Shown in pieces: positions 30,973-40,964 of a stretch of 64,000 nucleotides of DNA (position 1 is its first letter; the number at the start of each line of letters is the position of its first letter). Under the pieces are notes generated by a model that was given only the letters and a program-made list of their open reading frames with translations, was not told where the DNA came from and searched no databases. The stretch is from contig CAVUDW010000002.1 of NCBI GenBank assembly GCA_963740355.1, forward strand, positions 1,184,001 to 1,248,000, written 5' to 3'. The DNA is from an uncultured Gemmatimonadaceae bacterium. GTDB lineage: Bacteria > Gemmatimonadota > Gemmatimonadetes > Gemmatimonadales > Gemmatimonadaceae. The position numbers and the translations under genes are program-made.

Positions 30973-31005
30973 CCGGCAGGTTCACCTTCAATCGACTCCG
31001 TCGCC

Positions 31006-32620
31006 ATGTGCGTTGACTCCCTGAGCGCCAGACTTCGTGTGCGTCGCCACTCGCTCCTGCATCTGGCGACTTGCGTGCTGGCGTTCGCCGTTTCGGCGCC
31101 GAAGGTCGAGGCGCAAGCGCCCGTGGCCGGCGCTGCCGCTCGTGCTGCGGCCCGCGTGTATCGCGAACAACACGAAGGGGCGATCCTGACCGAGTTCGCT
31201 GAGCTGCTGTCGCTCCCGAACCTCGCCACGGATTCCGTGAATATCCGGCGCAATGCGGATTTCCTCGTGCGGATGCTGCAAGGCCGAGGCTTCACGAATA
31301 CCAGGCTGCTCACGGTGCCCGGTGGTCCGCCCGCCGTGTACGGTGAGCTGATGCAGCCCGGCGCGACGAAGACGCTCGTGCTCTACGCGCACTACGACGG
31401 ACAGCCGGTGGACGCCACCAAGTGGACCACGCCGCCCTGGTCCCCGGTGCTGCGCACGAAGGAGGTGCACCTTGGCGGTACCACCATCCCCATCCCGAGT
31501 GGGAGTGGTCGAGTGGACGGCGAGGCGCGCATCTACGGACGGTCCGCCGGTGATGACAAGGGATCGATCCAGGCGATTCTCTCAGCGCTCGACGCGATGA
31601 AGGCATCGCAGATGGCGCCATCGGTGAACCTGAAGGTGTTCTTCGAAGGGGAGGAGGAGGCAGGTTCGGGACACCTGCAGCAGATCCTCACCACCTACGC
31701 CGCGCAACTCACGGGTGATGCGTGGTTGTTCTGCGATGGGCCCGTGCACCAGAGTGGACGCCCGCAGCTGTCGTTCGGGCAGCGTGGTTCCTCCGGCTTC
31801 GAGCTCACCTTGTACGGTCCGACGCGCGCGTTGCACAGTGGCCACTACGGCAACTGGGCCCCGAATCCGGCGATGATGATCGCCACGCTGATCGCCAGCA
31901 TGCGTGACGATGATGGCCGCATCAAGATTGCGGGGTACTACGACGATGTGAAGCCGGTCAGCGCCGCCGAACACCGCGCGGTGGCCGAACTACCGAAGTA
32001 CGACAGCACGCTCCGGGTTGCGCTCGGGCATGAGCCAGACCGAGGCCAACAACGCGCTGCTCGCCGAACGCATCATGCTGCCCGCGTTCAATGTGCGTGG
32101 CATTCGTGTTGGTGGTGTGCGGGAGACTGGATCGAACACCATCGCGACGGAAGCGTACGCCAGTTTCGACTTGCGGTTGGTTCCGGGCCAGACACCGGCG
32201 CGAGTGCGACGGCTGGTGGAGGCGCACATTCGCGGCCAAGGTTACTGGATCACCGGCGATAGCGTCACGGCCGCCATGCGACTTGCGCATCCGAAAGTGG
32301 CACGTGTGGAATGGGGTGATGGGTATCCCGCGTCACGCGCACCGATGGACGGTCCGTTCGGCAAGGCGGTCATCGCGGCATTGAGCGAAGGCGCACGGCA
32401 GCCGCTGATCCTGAACCCCACGGTCGGCGCCAGCGGACCGGCGTACCTGTTCGAGCAGATCCTCAAGGTGCCGATGATCTCGCTGCCGATCGCCAACTAC
32501 GATGACAACCAGCATGCGGCGGATGAAAACTTGCGCGTGCAGAATCTCTGGGATGGCATCGAGCTCTATGTGGCGCTGTTGACCGGGATGGGAAAGGCGT
32601 GGCGCGGGCCAGTGCCGTGA
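31006..32620 (+). CDS. Secreted M20 family peptidase; +1 frameshift at GGG 32026-32028
   Basis: Motifs 'YAHYDGQP', 'GRSAGDDKG', 'EGEEEAGS' and 'LHSGHYGNW'. The second frame continues 'MSQTE...PAFNVRG...DDNQHAADEN'. Confidence 0.88.
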
Positions 32621-34926
32621 CGCAGGCGCCGAGGGATCCGCTCGCCATTGCGTACAAGGCTGTGAACTTGATGCCTGCGATGCTCGCATACTGGGATGTC
32701 GACCAGCGGTGTGTCTTTGCGAGCGCGTCGTACGCAACGTGGTTCGGTCGCGATGCCGAGTCGATGCAAGGTCTCACATTGCGTGACTTTCTCGGGCCCA
32801 TCTACCCGCTGAACCAGCCCTTCATCGAGGCGGTCTTGGCAGGAGAGCCGCAGCAGTTCGAGCGAGAGCTTCCGACCCCCGATGGAGGTGTCCGGTACGC
32901 CTTGGCGAGCTACATCCCGGACATCGAGGGTGGTGTCGTGCGTGGGTTCATCGCGCACGTGACGGACATCACCGTGCAGCACGGCCGTCAACAGGCGCTG
33001 CAGCGGAGCGCCGCGCTGCTGGAACGCATCGGAGCGTTGGCGCACGTTGGCGGTGCCGAGTTGGACCTGCGGACGAATGCAGTCTTCTGGACGGACGAGA
33101 TGTGTCGGATCCTCGACGTCGATCCGAGTCAGGTGCCCCCACCAGAACGCTGGGCAGAGTTCTTCGAGGCTGACGCGCTGGCCAAGTACCTCGAGATCTC
33201 GAATGCCATGATTTCCGCTGGCACGCCGGTCGACTTCGAGACCCCGATGATCACGGCCACCGGACGGCGAATCTGGGTGCGGATCCAAAGTACGGCGGTG
33301 CGAGATGAGCACGGCCAGGTCGTGAAGCTGCTCAGCGCACATCAGGACATTACGGCACGAAAAGCCACCGAGGCCGTCTTGCATGCCACCGACGAGCGCC
33401 TGCGACGGGCGCTCGAGGCGACACAGGACGCGATCTGGGATTACGACGCCATCGCTGGCCTGATGTACCTCAGCCCGGCGTGGTACACGATGTTCGGGTA
33501 CGCGCCGAAGTCAGAGCCGCAGCCGGTGGGATTCGTGGCATCCGCGGTCCATCCTGACGATCTCGAACGGGTGACGGCGACGCTGCGCCGGTCCGTCGGC
33601 GATGGCGCACCCTATGTGGTTGAAGCGCGGATGCGCTGCGCGGACGGATCGTATCGGTGGATCGAAAGTCGCGGGCGAGTGACCGCCACGGATGCCACCG
33701 GCCGGGCGACGCGTGTCTCGGGGACGAACTCGAACATCGACGAGCGCAAGCGCGCGGAAGCGGAAAAGGCCTCACTCGAGGCGCAGCTGCGACAGGCGCA
33801 GAAGATGGAATCCGTCGGGCGACTGGCCGGCGGTGTGGCGCACGACTTCAACAACATGCTGGTCGTGATCCGTGGATACACCGAACTGGTGATGGAGCAC
33901 CTGGATCCGTCGCTGCCGATCCAGGATGATCTGCGGCAGATCCACACGGCAGCGGAACGATCGGCGGCGCTCACGCGGCAGCTGCTCGCCTTCGCACGCA
34001 AGCAGGTGATCGCCCCCGAGGTGCTGAACCTCAACGATGCCGTGTTGCACAGCCTGACGATGTTGCAGCGATTGATCGGCGAGAATGTCTCCGTCAGCTG
34101 GCAACCGGCCCCGCAGCTCTGGCGAGTGTCGGTGGATCGCTCCCAGCTCGATCAGTTGCTGGCCAACCTGTGCGTCAACGCACGCGATGCGATGGCAGAT
34201 GTTGGTACGATCGAAATTTCCACATCGAATGTCGTGCTCGACGCTGCGGCATGCGAACGACACATCGGTGCAGTGCCGGGTGAATACGTCTGTCTGACGG
34301 TCACGGACAACGGCCGCGGCATGGATGCGGCGACGATGGAGCAGGTGTTCGAGCCGTTCTTCACCACCAAGGAGATGGGCGACGGCACGGGGCTCGGTCT
34401 GTCGATGGTCTACGGCGTCGTGCAGCAGAATCGTGGCGTGATCACGGTGGAGAGTACGGTTGGTGCTGGTTCGACGTTTTCCATCTTCCTGCCGCGGCAT
34501 CGTGGTGCGGTCGCAAGCGCGCGCACGCGCGATGCGGCCGCGACGCCGGAGCGCGGTCATGAAACGGTGCTGCTGGTCGAGGATGAACCCGCGATTCTCC
34601 GCCTGGCCTCGGTCGCCCTCGAGCGACACGGCTACACCGTGCTCGCGGCGGCCAGCCCCAGCGCCGCGCTCCGTCTCGCGGCCACACACGACGGCCCAAT
34701 CGACCTGTTGCTGAGCGACGTCATCATGCCGGAGATGAATGGGCGAGAGCTGTCGGAACTGCTGCAGCAGTCGCTGCCCGGGCTGAAGGTTCTGTTCATG
34801 TCAGGCTATCCGGCCGACGTGATCGCGAATCGAGGGGTGCTGGGTGATTCGGTGAACTTCATCGCCAAGCCGTTCTCGGTGGCAGGGCTGGCCGAGCGGA
34901 TTCGCGAGGTGCTGGATCGGGCGTAG
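32617..34926 (+). CDS. Hybrid sensor histidine kinase/response regulator with three PAS domains (CckA-like architecture)
   Basis: H-box 'GRLAGGVAHDFNN', 'NARDAM', 'FEPFFTTK', 'GTGLGL' and receiver 'LLVEDE...DVIMP...KPF'. GTG overlaps the upstream stop. Confidence 0.94.
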   Translation: MTQAPRDPLAIAYKAVNLMPAMLAYWDVDQRCVFASASYATWFGRDAESMQGLTLRDFLGPIYPLNQPFIEAVLAGEPQQFERELPTPDGGVRYALASYIPDIEGGVVRGFIAHVTDITVQHGRQQALQRSAALLERIGALAHVGGAELDLRTNAVFWTDEMCRILDVDPSQVPPPERWAEFFEADALAKYLEISNAMISAGTPVDFETPMITATGRRIWVRIQSTAVRDEHGQVVKLLSAHQDITARKATEAVLHATDERLRRALEATQDAIWDYDAIAGLMYLSPAWYTMFGYAPKSEPQPVGFVASAVHPDDLERVTATLRRSVGDGAPYVVEARMRCADGSYRWIESRGRVTATDATGRATRVSGTNSNIDERKRAEAEKASLEAQLRQAQKMESVGRLAGGVAHDFNNMLVVIRGYTELVMEHLDPSLPIQDDLRQIHTAAERSAALTRQLLAFARKQVIAPEVLNLNDAVLHSLTMLQRLIGENVSVSWQPAPQLWRVSVDRSQLDQLLANLCVNARDAMADVGTIEISTSNVVLDAAACERHIGAVPGEYVCLTVTDNGRGMDAATMEQVFEPFFTTKEMGDGTGLGLSMVYGVVQQNRGVITVESTVGAGSTFSIFLPRHRGAVASARTRDAAATPERGHETVLLVEDEPAILRLASVALERHGYTVLAAASPSAALRLAATHDGPIDLLLSDVIMPEMNGRELSELLQQSLPGLKVLFMSGYPADVIANRGVLGDSVNFIAKPFSVAGLAERIREVLDRA

Positions 34927-34983
34927 GGCGCTTTCGCTCGCCGTGTCCTCCTTGGGCGGGCGGGCGAGCGAGAGGTCGCGCAG

Positions 34984-37713
34984 TCATGGAATGGTGAGGC
35001 CCGTGGCGGAGGCGGTGGGCGTCGTCGCAGAATTCGTGGTGCCTCGACCGAACTGCCCGCTGGTGTTGCGACCCCAGCATAACAGCGAGCGTCGCGAGAA
35101 GACGATCACATTGTCTTCGCCAGTGACCGCGCCGAACGTCACACCACAGGTGAAGGCAGTACCACCGGTGAGCTTGTTGAAGCGCGCTGATGCCTGAACA
35201 GCCACAGGTGTGGTTCGTGGGACCGTGAATCCGTCGCCCACCTGACCGTCGGTGCTGGCACCCCAGCAGTAGCTGACGGCATCGGCCGCGATGCCGCAGC
35301 CGTGTCGATCGCCAAGCGTCACCTCCTTCAACGCCATCGGTGTCGACACAACCGCTGGTGTACTGCTCGGCGTCGTCGATGCGTTGCCTAGTTGTCCCGC
35401 ATCGTTGGCACCCCAGCATCGCACGATGCCCGTGGCGCCCGTTGCACAGGTGAAGGCATCGCCGCCGCCGGCCAACGCGCCGTAGACCTGACCGCCGCCA
35501 ACCGCGACGGGCTGCGTGCGATCGGTGGTCGTTCCGTCACCGAGTTGACCGAATGCATTGTCGCCCCAGCACCACGCGGCGCCGGACTGGTCCAGCGCGC
35601 AGGTATGATCGCGACCGGTGGCGATGGTCGAGAACACATGGTTTCCGGCCACGGCGACGGCACTGAGCGCGTTGGACGACGTGCCGTTTCCAAGTTGCCC
35701 GTTGGTGTTCGCGCCCCAGCACCAGGCATGGCCATCGGTGTCGAGCGCGCAGCTATGCGCGCCGCCGGCGCTGACGATGGTGAATGGTCCGCCGGGGCCT
35801 GGCGCTGGCGACGACCGACTGACGCCCGCGCCGTCACCAAGCTGGCCAAGCGCGCCGTCTCCCCAGCACCGCACGATGCCACTCGCTTCTCGACCACACA
35901 CGTGCCGCGCGCCGACACTCAGGCTCGAGAAACCCATCGTCACCGCTGCGGGCACGATCGTGGACGTGGTCGATCCATTACCCAGTTGGCCGAAGGTGTT
36001 GTCGCCCCAGCAGGACGTGCCCTGGTCTGCGATCGCGCAGGCAAACCCTTCGCCTGCGCCGATGCGTTCAGTGCCCGGCAATGGTGGGCAATTGACGATC
36101 AGGTTCAGTGTCGTGGTGTCGTTCGGCTGCACCGTGCCGGCGCGCGTTGGTGGGATCGGACAGCCTGACGGCAGCACGCTCACATCCAGCAGTGCCGTAC
36201 CGGCTGACAACGTCAACAGGTAGCGACCATCGGCTCCCGTGACGGTCGTTTCACCGGTCGTCGCATCAGTGACGCGCACGTTGGCGAGCGTTCCCTGAAA
36301 CGGCGACGACACCGTGCCCGCGATGCTGCCTGAGGGAATGGGGGCCGGTGGTGGCGCAGGGCTCGTCCACCCGGAGAACCAGGGGATTGCACTCAGCCCG
36401 CCAAGCCTGGGCACGGCACCAATAAAGGAGCCAGTAGCGAAAAATCCATCCGATGGGGCGGCCGCTGCTGGATTGAGAGCCAGCGCTGAGCCGGCGACGG
36501 GTCGCAGGTCGGGCAGGTACAGGTCATTCTCGCTCAGCAGCTGGCCCGCCGCTCCCGGCAGCACGGAGTTGTTCTCTGTTGCATTGCCGAGGAGGTCCGC
36601 TTCCGATCCGGGGCAGCTCACCGGGACGAGTCCTTGTCCCAGTGACGTGGCACCAGCGGTGAGCACGTTGCGCACGCTCAATGTGGCGCCGACGAGTTGT
36701 GCGCAGGTCGAGGTGCCACCGATGTCGAGCCCGATGTGCGGCGCGTAAAGAAAGATGTTGCGCAACGTGCCTGCGGTGCCACGCTCCAGCACCAGCGCGC
36801 GCGCGGTGGCGTGTGTGGGATTGGCCGGCGTCGACTGCGCGATGACCGTGACGTTGAAGAGGGACGGAGCTGAACGGGGAAGGGCATCGTCGGCGGCGCC
36901 ATTCGCTGTGGTGCCATTCTGTCCCACAATGCCGGCGGCGAATCGGAGAATGTCCTGTTGCACGGCGACGAACTGCGCGCGGCCACGCCACCCACCCGTC
37001 CATCGCAAGCCGGTGCCGTTCGCGGTGAGGAAGAGATCGCGCAGCGTTGCCGCGCCGCCGGTCACGAGTACACCCTCGGCGCGCGTGCGATTGGCCTGCA
37101 GGTCGTGAATCGTTGTCGCGCTGCCGACGCCGGCGAGATGCAGCCCACGCTCGGCATATTCGATGCGCAGATAGCTGAGGATGCCGCTGTCATCGGCGTC
37201 GTTGCAGCCGCCGAATCGATCGGTACCTGCAATCGGATCGGCTTCGCTGAGACAGCCACCCGTCGTGCCGCGCGGCGTGGCCGGACTGGTTGGTGTGCCG
37301 CTGTTGATACGCGCATTGCCATGCACCACCACGCCGCCCCAGCACCCCGGATACTTCGCGGCCGCGCGGCAGGTGAGCACGATCGGTTCGTTCAGCGTTC
37401 CCTTTGCCTCGATCCGTCCATCGCGCGCGATGAAGATGTATGAGCCGACCTGGCCTTCGACGCGTGTGCCGGCTTCGATCTGCAGGGTGCCACCGGCTGT
37501 CACGACAAGCGGGCCATCGAGGTGGATCGTGGAGCCAGTTCGCCACCGTTCCAGCTGCGTGATTCGCGTGACGGTCCCTGCGCGCCCAATGCGTATTTGC
37601 GCTGACGGCGCGGATCGGTTGTTGCCCGCAGCGTGATCGGATCGCCCGTCGAGCCCAGGCAGAAGCAAGGTCGCGGCAAGCGCCAGCGACGACAGAGCGT
37701 GCAAATGTGGCAT
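34984..37713 (-). CDS. Secreted multidomain protein: beta-helix-like N-terminal domain, carboxypeptidase-regulatory-like domain and about 7 RCC1 repeats
   Basis: N-terminal 'TLQIEAGT...IEAKGT..EPIV...WGGVVV.G.A.IN...D.SG.L.YLRIEYA'. Repeated 'CWG.N..GQLG.G' and 'AG..H.C' units. Confidence 0.85.
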   Translation of the reverse strand: MPHLHALSSLALAATLLLPGLDGRSDHAAGNNRSAPSAQIRIGRAGTVTRITQLERWRTGSTIHLDGPLVVTAGGTLQIEAGTRVEGQVGSYIFIARDGRIEAKGTLNEPIVLTCRAAAKYPGCWGGVVVHGNARINSGTPTSPATPRGTTGGCLSEADPIAGTDRFGGCNDADDSGILSYLRIEYAERGLHLAGVGSATTIHDLQANRTRAEGVLVTGGAATLRDLFLTANGTGLRWTGGWRGRAQFVAVQQDILRFAAGIVGQNGTTANGAADDALPRSAPSLFNVTVIAQSTPANPTHATARALVLERGTAGTLRNIFLYAPHIGLDIGGTSTCAQLVGATLSVRNVLTAGATSLGQGLVPVSCPGSEADLLGNATENNSVLPGAAGQLLSENDLYLPDLRPVAGSALALNPAAAAPSDGFFATGSFIGAVPRLGGLSAIPWFSGWTSPAPPPAPIPSGSIAGTVSSPFQGTLANVRVTDATTGETTVTGADGRYLLTLSAGTALLDVSVLPSGCPIPPTRAGTVQPNDTTTLNLIVNCPPLPGTERIGAGEGFACAIADQGTSCWGDNTFGQLGNGSTTSTIVPAAVTMGFSSLSVGARHVCGREASGIVRCWGDGALGQLGDGAGVSRSSPAPGPGGPFTIVSAGGAHSCALDTDGHAWCWGANTNGQLGNGTSSNALSAVAVAGNHVFSTIATGRDHTCALDQSGAAWCWGDNAFGQLGDGTTTDRTQPVAVGGGQVYGALAGGGDAFTCATGATGIVRCWGANDAGQLGNASTTPSSTPAVVSTPMALKEVTLGDRHGCGIAADAVSYCWGASTDGQVGDGFTVPRTTPVAVQASARFNKLTGGTAFTCGVTFGAVTGEDNVIVFSRRSLLCWGRNTSGQFGRGTTNSATTPTASATGLTIP

Positions 37714-37952
37714 CGGCGGTCTCAGGGGCGGAGGTGCACCCTGAGTTTGCCGTCGCTACGTCACACTGTGCGGTCCCGGAGATGTCGGTTGTGCTACGGA
37801 ACCGTCATGCCGAGCGGGCCATGCGCATTCGGGACAGGGTCAGCGGCATTTGTGGTCCCGACAGGCGAGATGATGTGGCGCTGGATACGGGCAAGGCGGG
37901 CTGCGTGGAAGACCTCGCCTGAAATGGTCCCCGCCATCTTAGGAAGAAATTC

Positions 37953-38020
37953 TTGACTTACACCGCTCGCTAGTAAATATTTGCTTCCTACCAGTGCTGT
38001 TGGGAAGGATTTGTTTACTA
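37953..38020 (+). promoter_or_regulatory. Putative sigma-70 promoter overlapped by a 50-bp imperfect palindrome (candidate operator) upstream of fic
   Basis: TTGACT at 37953-37958. Palindrome tagtaaata-N4-cttccta-N10-tgggaag-N4-tgtttacta at 37971-38020. Confidence 0.5.
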
Positions 38021-38060
38021 AAGGAAGCTCCTGAGTGCTTACTGCCAGCACGCGGACCGC

Positions 38061-39242
38061 ATGACGCATCGCGAAACGGGTCGATACGAACGCAGCACGG
38101 TCGCTGGTGAAGCGGTTGACGCGTTCGTGCCATTTGCACTTCCGCCGATCCCGCCCCTGCTCGTGGACGACGGGATGCGAAGGCAGTTGTTCGCTGCAGA
38201 GCAAGCGCTCGCGCGCCTTGAGGTGGCGGGCGACATGGTGCCATCGCTCGATTGGTTCATCTACGCCCTCGTGCGCAAGGAAGCGGTCCTCTCGTCCCAG
38301 ATCGAAGGGACGCAAGCCACGCTGGTCGACTTGCTCACTTACGAGGCGAGAGTCGATGTGGGCGGTGACACGCTGCGTCCGCCGACTGCCGATGTCGAGG
38401 AGGTGACGAACTACCTCGTCGCGCTCGAGTTCGCGCGAGCCCAGATAGGCGATCACAATGGATTGCCGTTGTCAATTCGCCTGTTGAACGAGACGCATCG
38501 ACGCCTGATGAGTGGCGCGCGAGGCGCAGACAAGCAGCCGGGTGAGGTGCGCCGCAGTCAGAATTGGATTGGTGGGAGTCGGCCCGCGACCGCGGCCTTC
38601 GTTCCGCCGCCTCCGCACCTGGTGCCCGATCTGCTGGCGGAGTTCGAGCGCTACCTGCATGCCGACGACACGGTGCATCCGTTGGTCCGTGTGGCACTGC
38701 TGCATGTGCAGTTCGAGACGATTCATCCGTACCTCGACGGCAACGGGCGCATTGGCCGCCTGCTGATCACGCTCCTTCTCGAACACTGGCACCTGCTCAG
38801 TGCACCGTTGCTGTATCTGAGCCTCTGGTTCAAGCGCGATCGCCGCGAGTACTACCGTCGCTTGAGCGCGGTTCGAACGGACGGCGATTGGGAGGGATGG
38901 GTGTCGTACTTTCTCGAGGGCGTCGCCACCATCGCGGACGAAGCAGTCGGGGCGGCGCGGCAGCTCTTCTCACTGGTGAATCAGGATCGGACGCGCGTGA
39001 TGGCGATCGATGGCATTTCGGTGTCGACACTCCGTCTCTTCGAACAACTGCCGCGGCGTCCGATCGTGAGTGTGGCATCGGTCATGTCGCGGCTTCGAGT
39101 TGCAAAGCCGACAGCGGGAAAGGTGATCGACCAGTTGGTTGGGGTCGGCGTGTTGCGCGAGACGACGGGTCGGCAGCGGGACCGGAAGTACGTGTATGAT
39201 CGCTATCTGTTGGTGCTGCTCGAGGGGACGGAGCTGCGGTAG
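38061..39242 (+). CDS. Fic family protein (class II, N-terminal autoinhibitory motif) with C-terminal HTH
   Basis: Fic motif HPYLDGNGRIGR and inhibitory motif SSQIEG. C-terminal 'TAGKVIDQLV..GVLRETTGRQRDRKYVY'. Confidence 0.93.
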   Translation: MTHRETGRYERSTVAGEAVDAFVPFALPPIPPLLVDDGMRRQLFAAEQALARLEVAGDMVPSLDWFIYALVRKEAVLSSQIEGTQATLVDLLTYEARVDVGGDTLRPPTADVEEVTNYLVALEFARAQIGDHNGLPLSIRLLNETHRRLMSGARGADKQPGEVRRSQNWIGGSRPATAAFVPPPPHLVPDLLAEFERYLHADDTVHPLVRVALLHVQFETIHPYLDGNGRIGRLLITLLLEHWHLLSAPLLYLSLWFKRDRREYYRRLSAVRTDGDWEGWVSYFLEGVATIADEAVGAARQLFSLVNQDRTRVMAIDGISVSTLRLFEQLPRRPIVSVASVMSRLRVAKPTAGKVIDQLVGVGVLRETTGRQRDRKYVYDRYLLVLLEGTELR

Positions 39243-39326
39243 CGCGTCGGCGTTGCGACGGCAGGTCCGCTCGCCAGCGTACACCGGTAGGCCGTTAGGC
39301 GCCGATGAGTGGTGTGGCCGCCCGTT

Positions 39327-39416
39327 GGAACCCTACGCAAAACGCCCCACCGGAAGCCGGCGGGGCGTTTCTGCTATCTCGTTGCAAATCAGAGACTTCC
39401 ACAGCTCCCGAGGAGG
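39327..39416. repeat. att-like direct repeat, copy 1: tRNA-Asn 3' fragment plus downstream flank
   Basis: Ungapped 75/90 match to 46705-46794 by manual alignment. Includes the exact 14-bp AGCTCCCGAGGAGG covering the tRNA 3' end and a GC hairpin. Confidence 0.88.
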
Positions 39417-39659
39417 AGGTGCTGCAAGAGCACTTTCTGCGATCGTAAGTTTTTGAGTCATTATGGCGTCGCGCTCTGATGCGCGATGTCTTCGCTTGAC
39501 GTGCAAAAAGTAGTTCTGTACGTTCGGCGTGGGTTGGCAATCGTGCCGCAAAGTTCGCGCGTATTGCTCAAGGCTGTCTTCGCAAGGTCGTGACCGCGCC
39601 GATCGTGAATGCAATCTGCGTGGAACCTGAGCGCCTTACGTGACCCTACCGTGAGAGAG

Positions 39660-40346
39660 TGCTCGCAGAAGCCGAGTGCGCCGACGAAGATCTGCGCCTC
39701 GCGCACAGTGTCGGTCGCGACGTCGTGCACCGGCATCGTCAGCCCGGCGTAATCGACGACGGTCTTCTCACCCGCGACATGCACCTGTCGAAGCGCGGGC
39801 TCCAGCGTGTCGGCCCAGATGCGGTAGTGCTGGCAGAAATAGGTGCATTTGTAGCCGTCCGGCGTCTGCCGCTTGTACTCGATCCAGAGCAGCTGGAGGG
39901 TGACGCCTTTCTGCTTCAGCTCGGCGTGGATGGTCGCCCAGTCGGGCACGGCGCGACCGCGGACCGGGACGGCGTCGGTTGCGAAGAGCCGCGCTTCGAC
40001 CGCCGCTTCGTCGAGGTCCGGTGGCACGGGCCACGGCAGCCCGGTCCCCCGGAACCGACGGAGGTAGTCGATCACGGTGCTCTGGGAGCGCCCGAGCGAT
40101 CTCGCGCTGGCTCTGGTCCTGGTCGAACGCAAGGCGGAAGGCCTCGAACACCTGTCGCATGGGAAGTCGCTCTGCTGGCACTGCCTCGCTCCGGATGGAA
40201 GTCCCGGAGGAGTAGTGCCGGCGGTGAGCGCCCGCGCCCTTGCATCAGCCCCTGATCGACATCGACCTAAACAGGTGATCGGCTTGGCCCGAAATGGGTG
40301 ATCGGCTTCGAGCGAAACAGGTGATCGGCTTCAGCCGAAATCCGCA
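39660..40346 (-). mobile_element. istA: IS21-family relic: one terminal end plus a truncated, frameshifted istA (about 40181-39660)
   Basis: End begins TGCGGATTTCGG on the minus strand, with three GGTGATCGGCTT repeats at 23-bp period (40274, 40297, 40320). Protein fragments 'GVTLQLLWIEY', 'RQVHVAGEKTVVDYAG' and 'AQIFVGALG'. No istB. Confidence 0.88.
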
Positions 40347-40964
40347 GCTCTGAGCTGAAGAGCGCCTCATCCAATGCGACGTCGAATGTAACGTTCGCAC
40401 ATCGCAACGTTGCGACAATGTGGTCGTGCGCGATGGCGGAGAATTGAAGAACAATTCCGCCCAAAACATCCTCAGGCCATTCGTATGCGTTGAGGCCTGT
40501 CCAAATCCCACGTTGATGGGTTGATCCTCGCCTCGCTTCTTCTGTCGGTTCCGTGTGCAGTGCAATTACAGGACGAGTGTCGCGCCCGCGCACACCGGGG
40601 CCCTGTGATAGAGGTATTGCCCAGCCGACAGCAAACCGGTCTCCGAGCAGAAGAGGAACGTCCGCAATCCGACCGAGAATCGTCGGTGCGCTGATGCCGC
40701 TCAATTCATTCCAAGAGTATCGCTCGGTTCAGCGCCAAATTCGCTCCGCCAGTGTAACAATCAGCGCTTGGCGAGTCCGCTGGGATGTCGCGCGAGACCA
40801 TTGCATAGGCGTGCCGTGTCGCCTCTTCGGAGCCGCGATAACGGGACCAGCGCCGTACGCACTTGCGTCTACCGCGTATTAGGACTACATCATAACTAAC
40901 GCGATGTGGGAGCGCGCGGTTGTGCCGCGTGTCGCAGTACAGACTCTTACCTAAAGAACCGGTG

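Noticed and set aside
40269..40346. Three regularly spaced repeats resembling a mini-CRISPR or iterons
   Set aside because: The period is 23 bp with no spacer-length unique sequence. The array ends at a TG terminus beside istA, which is the normal IS21 end structure.
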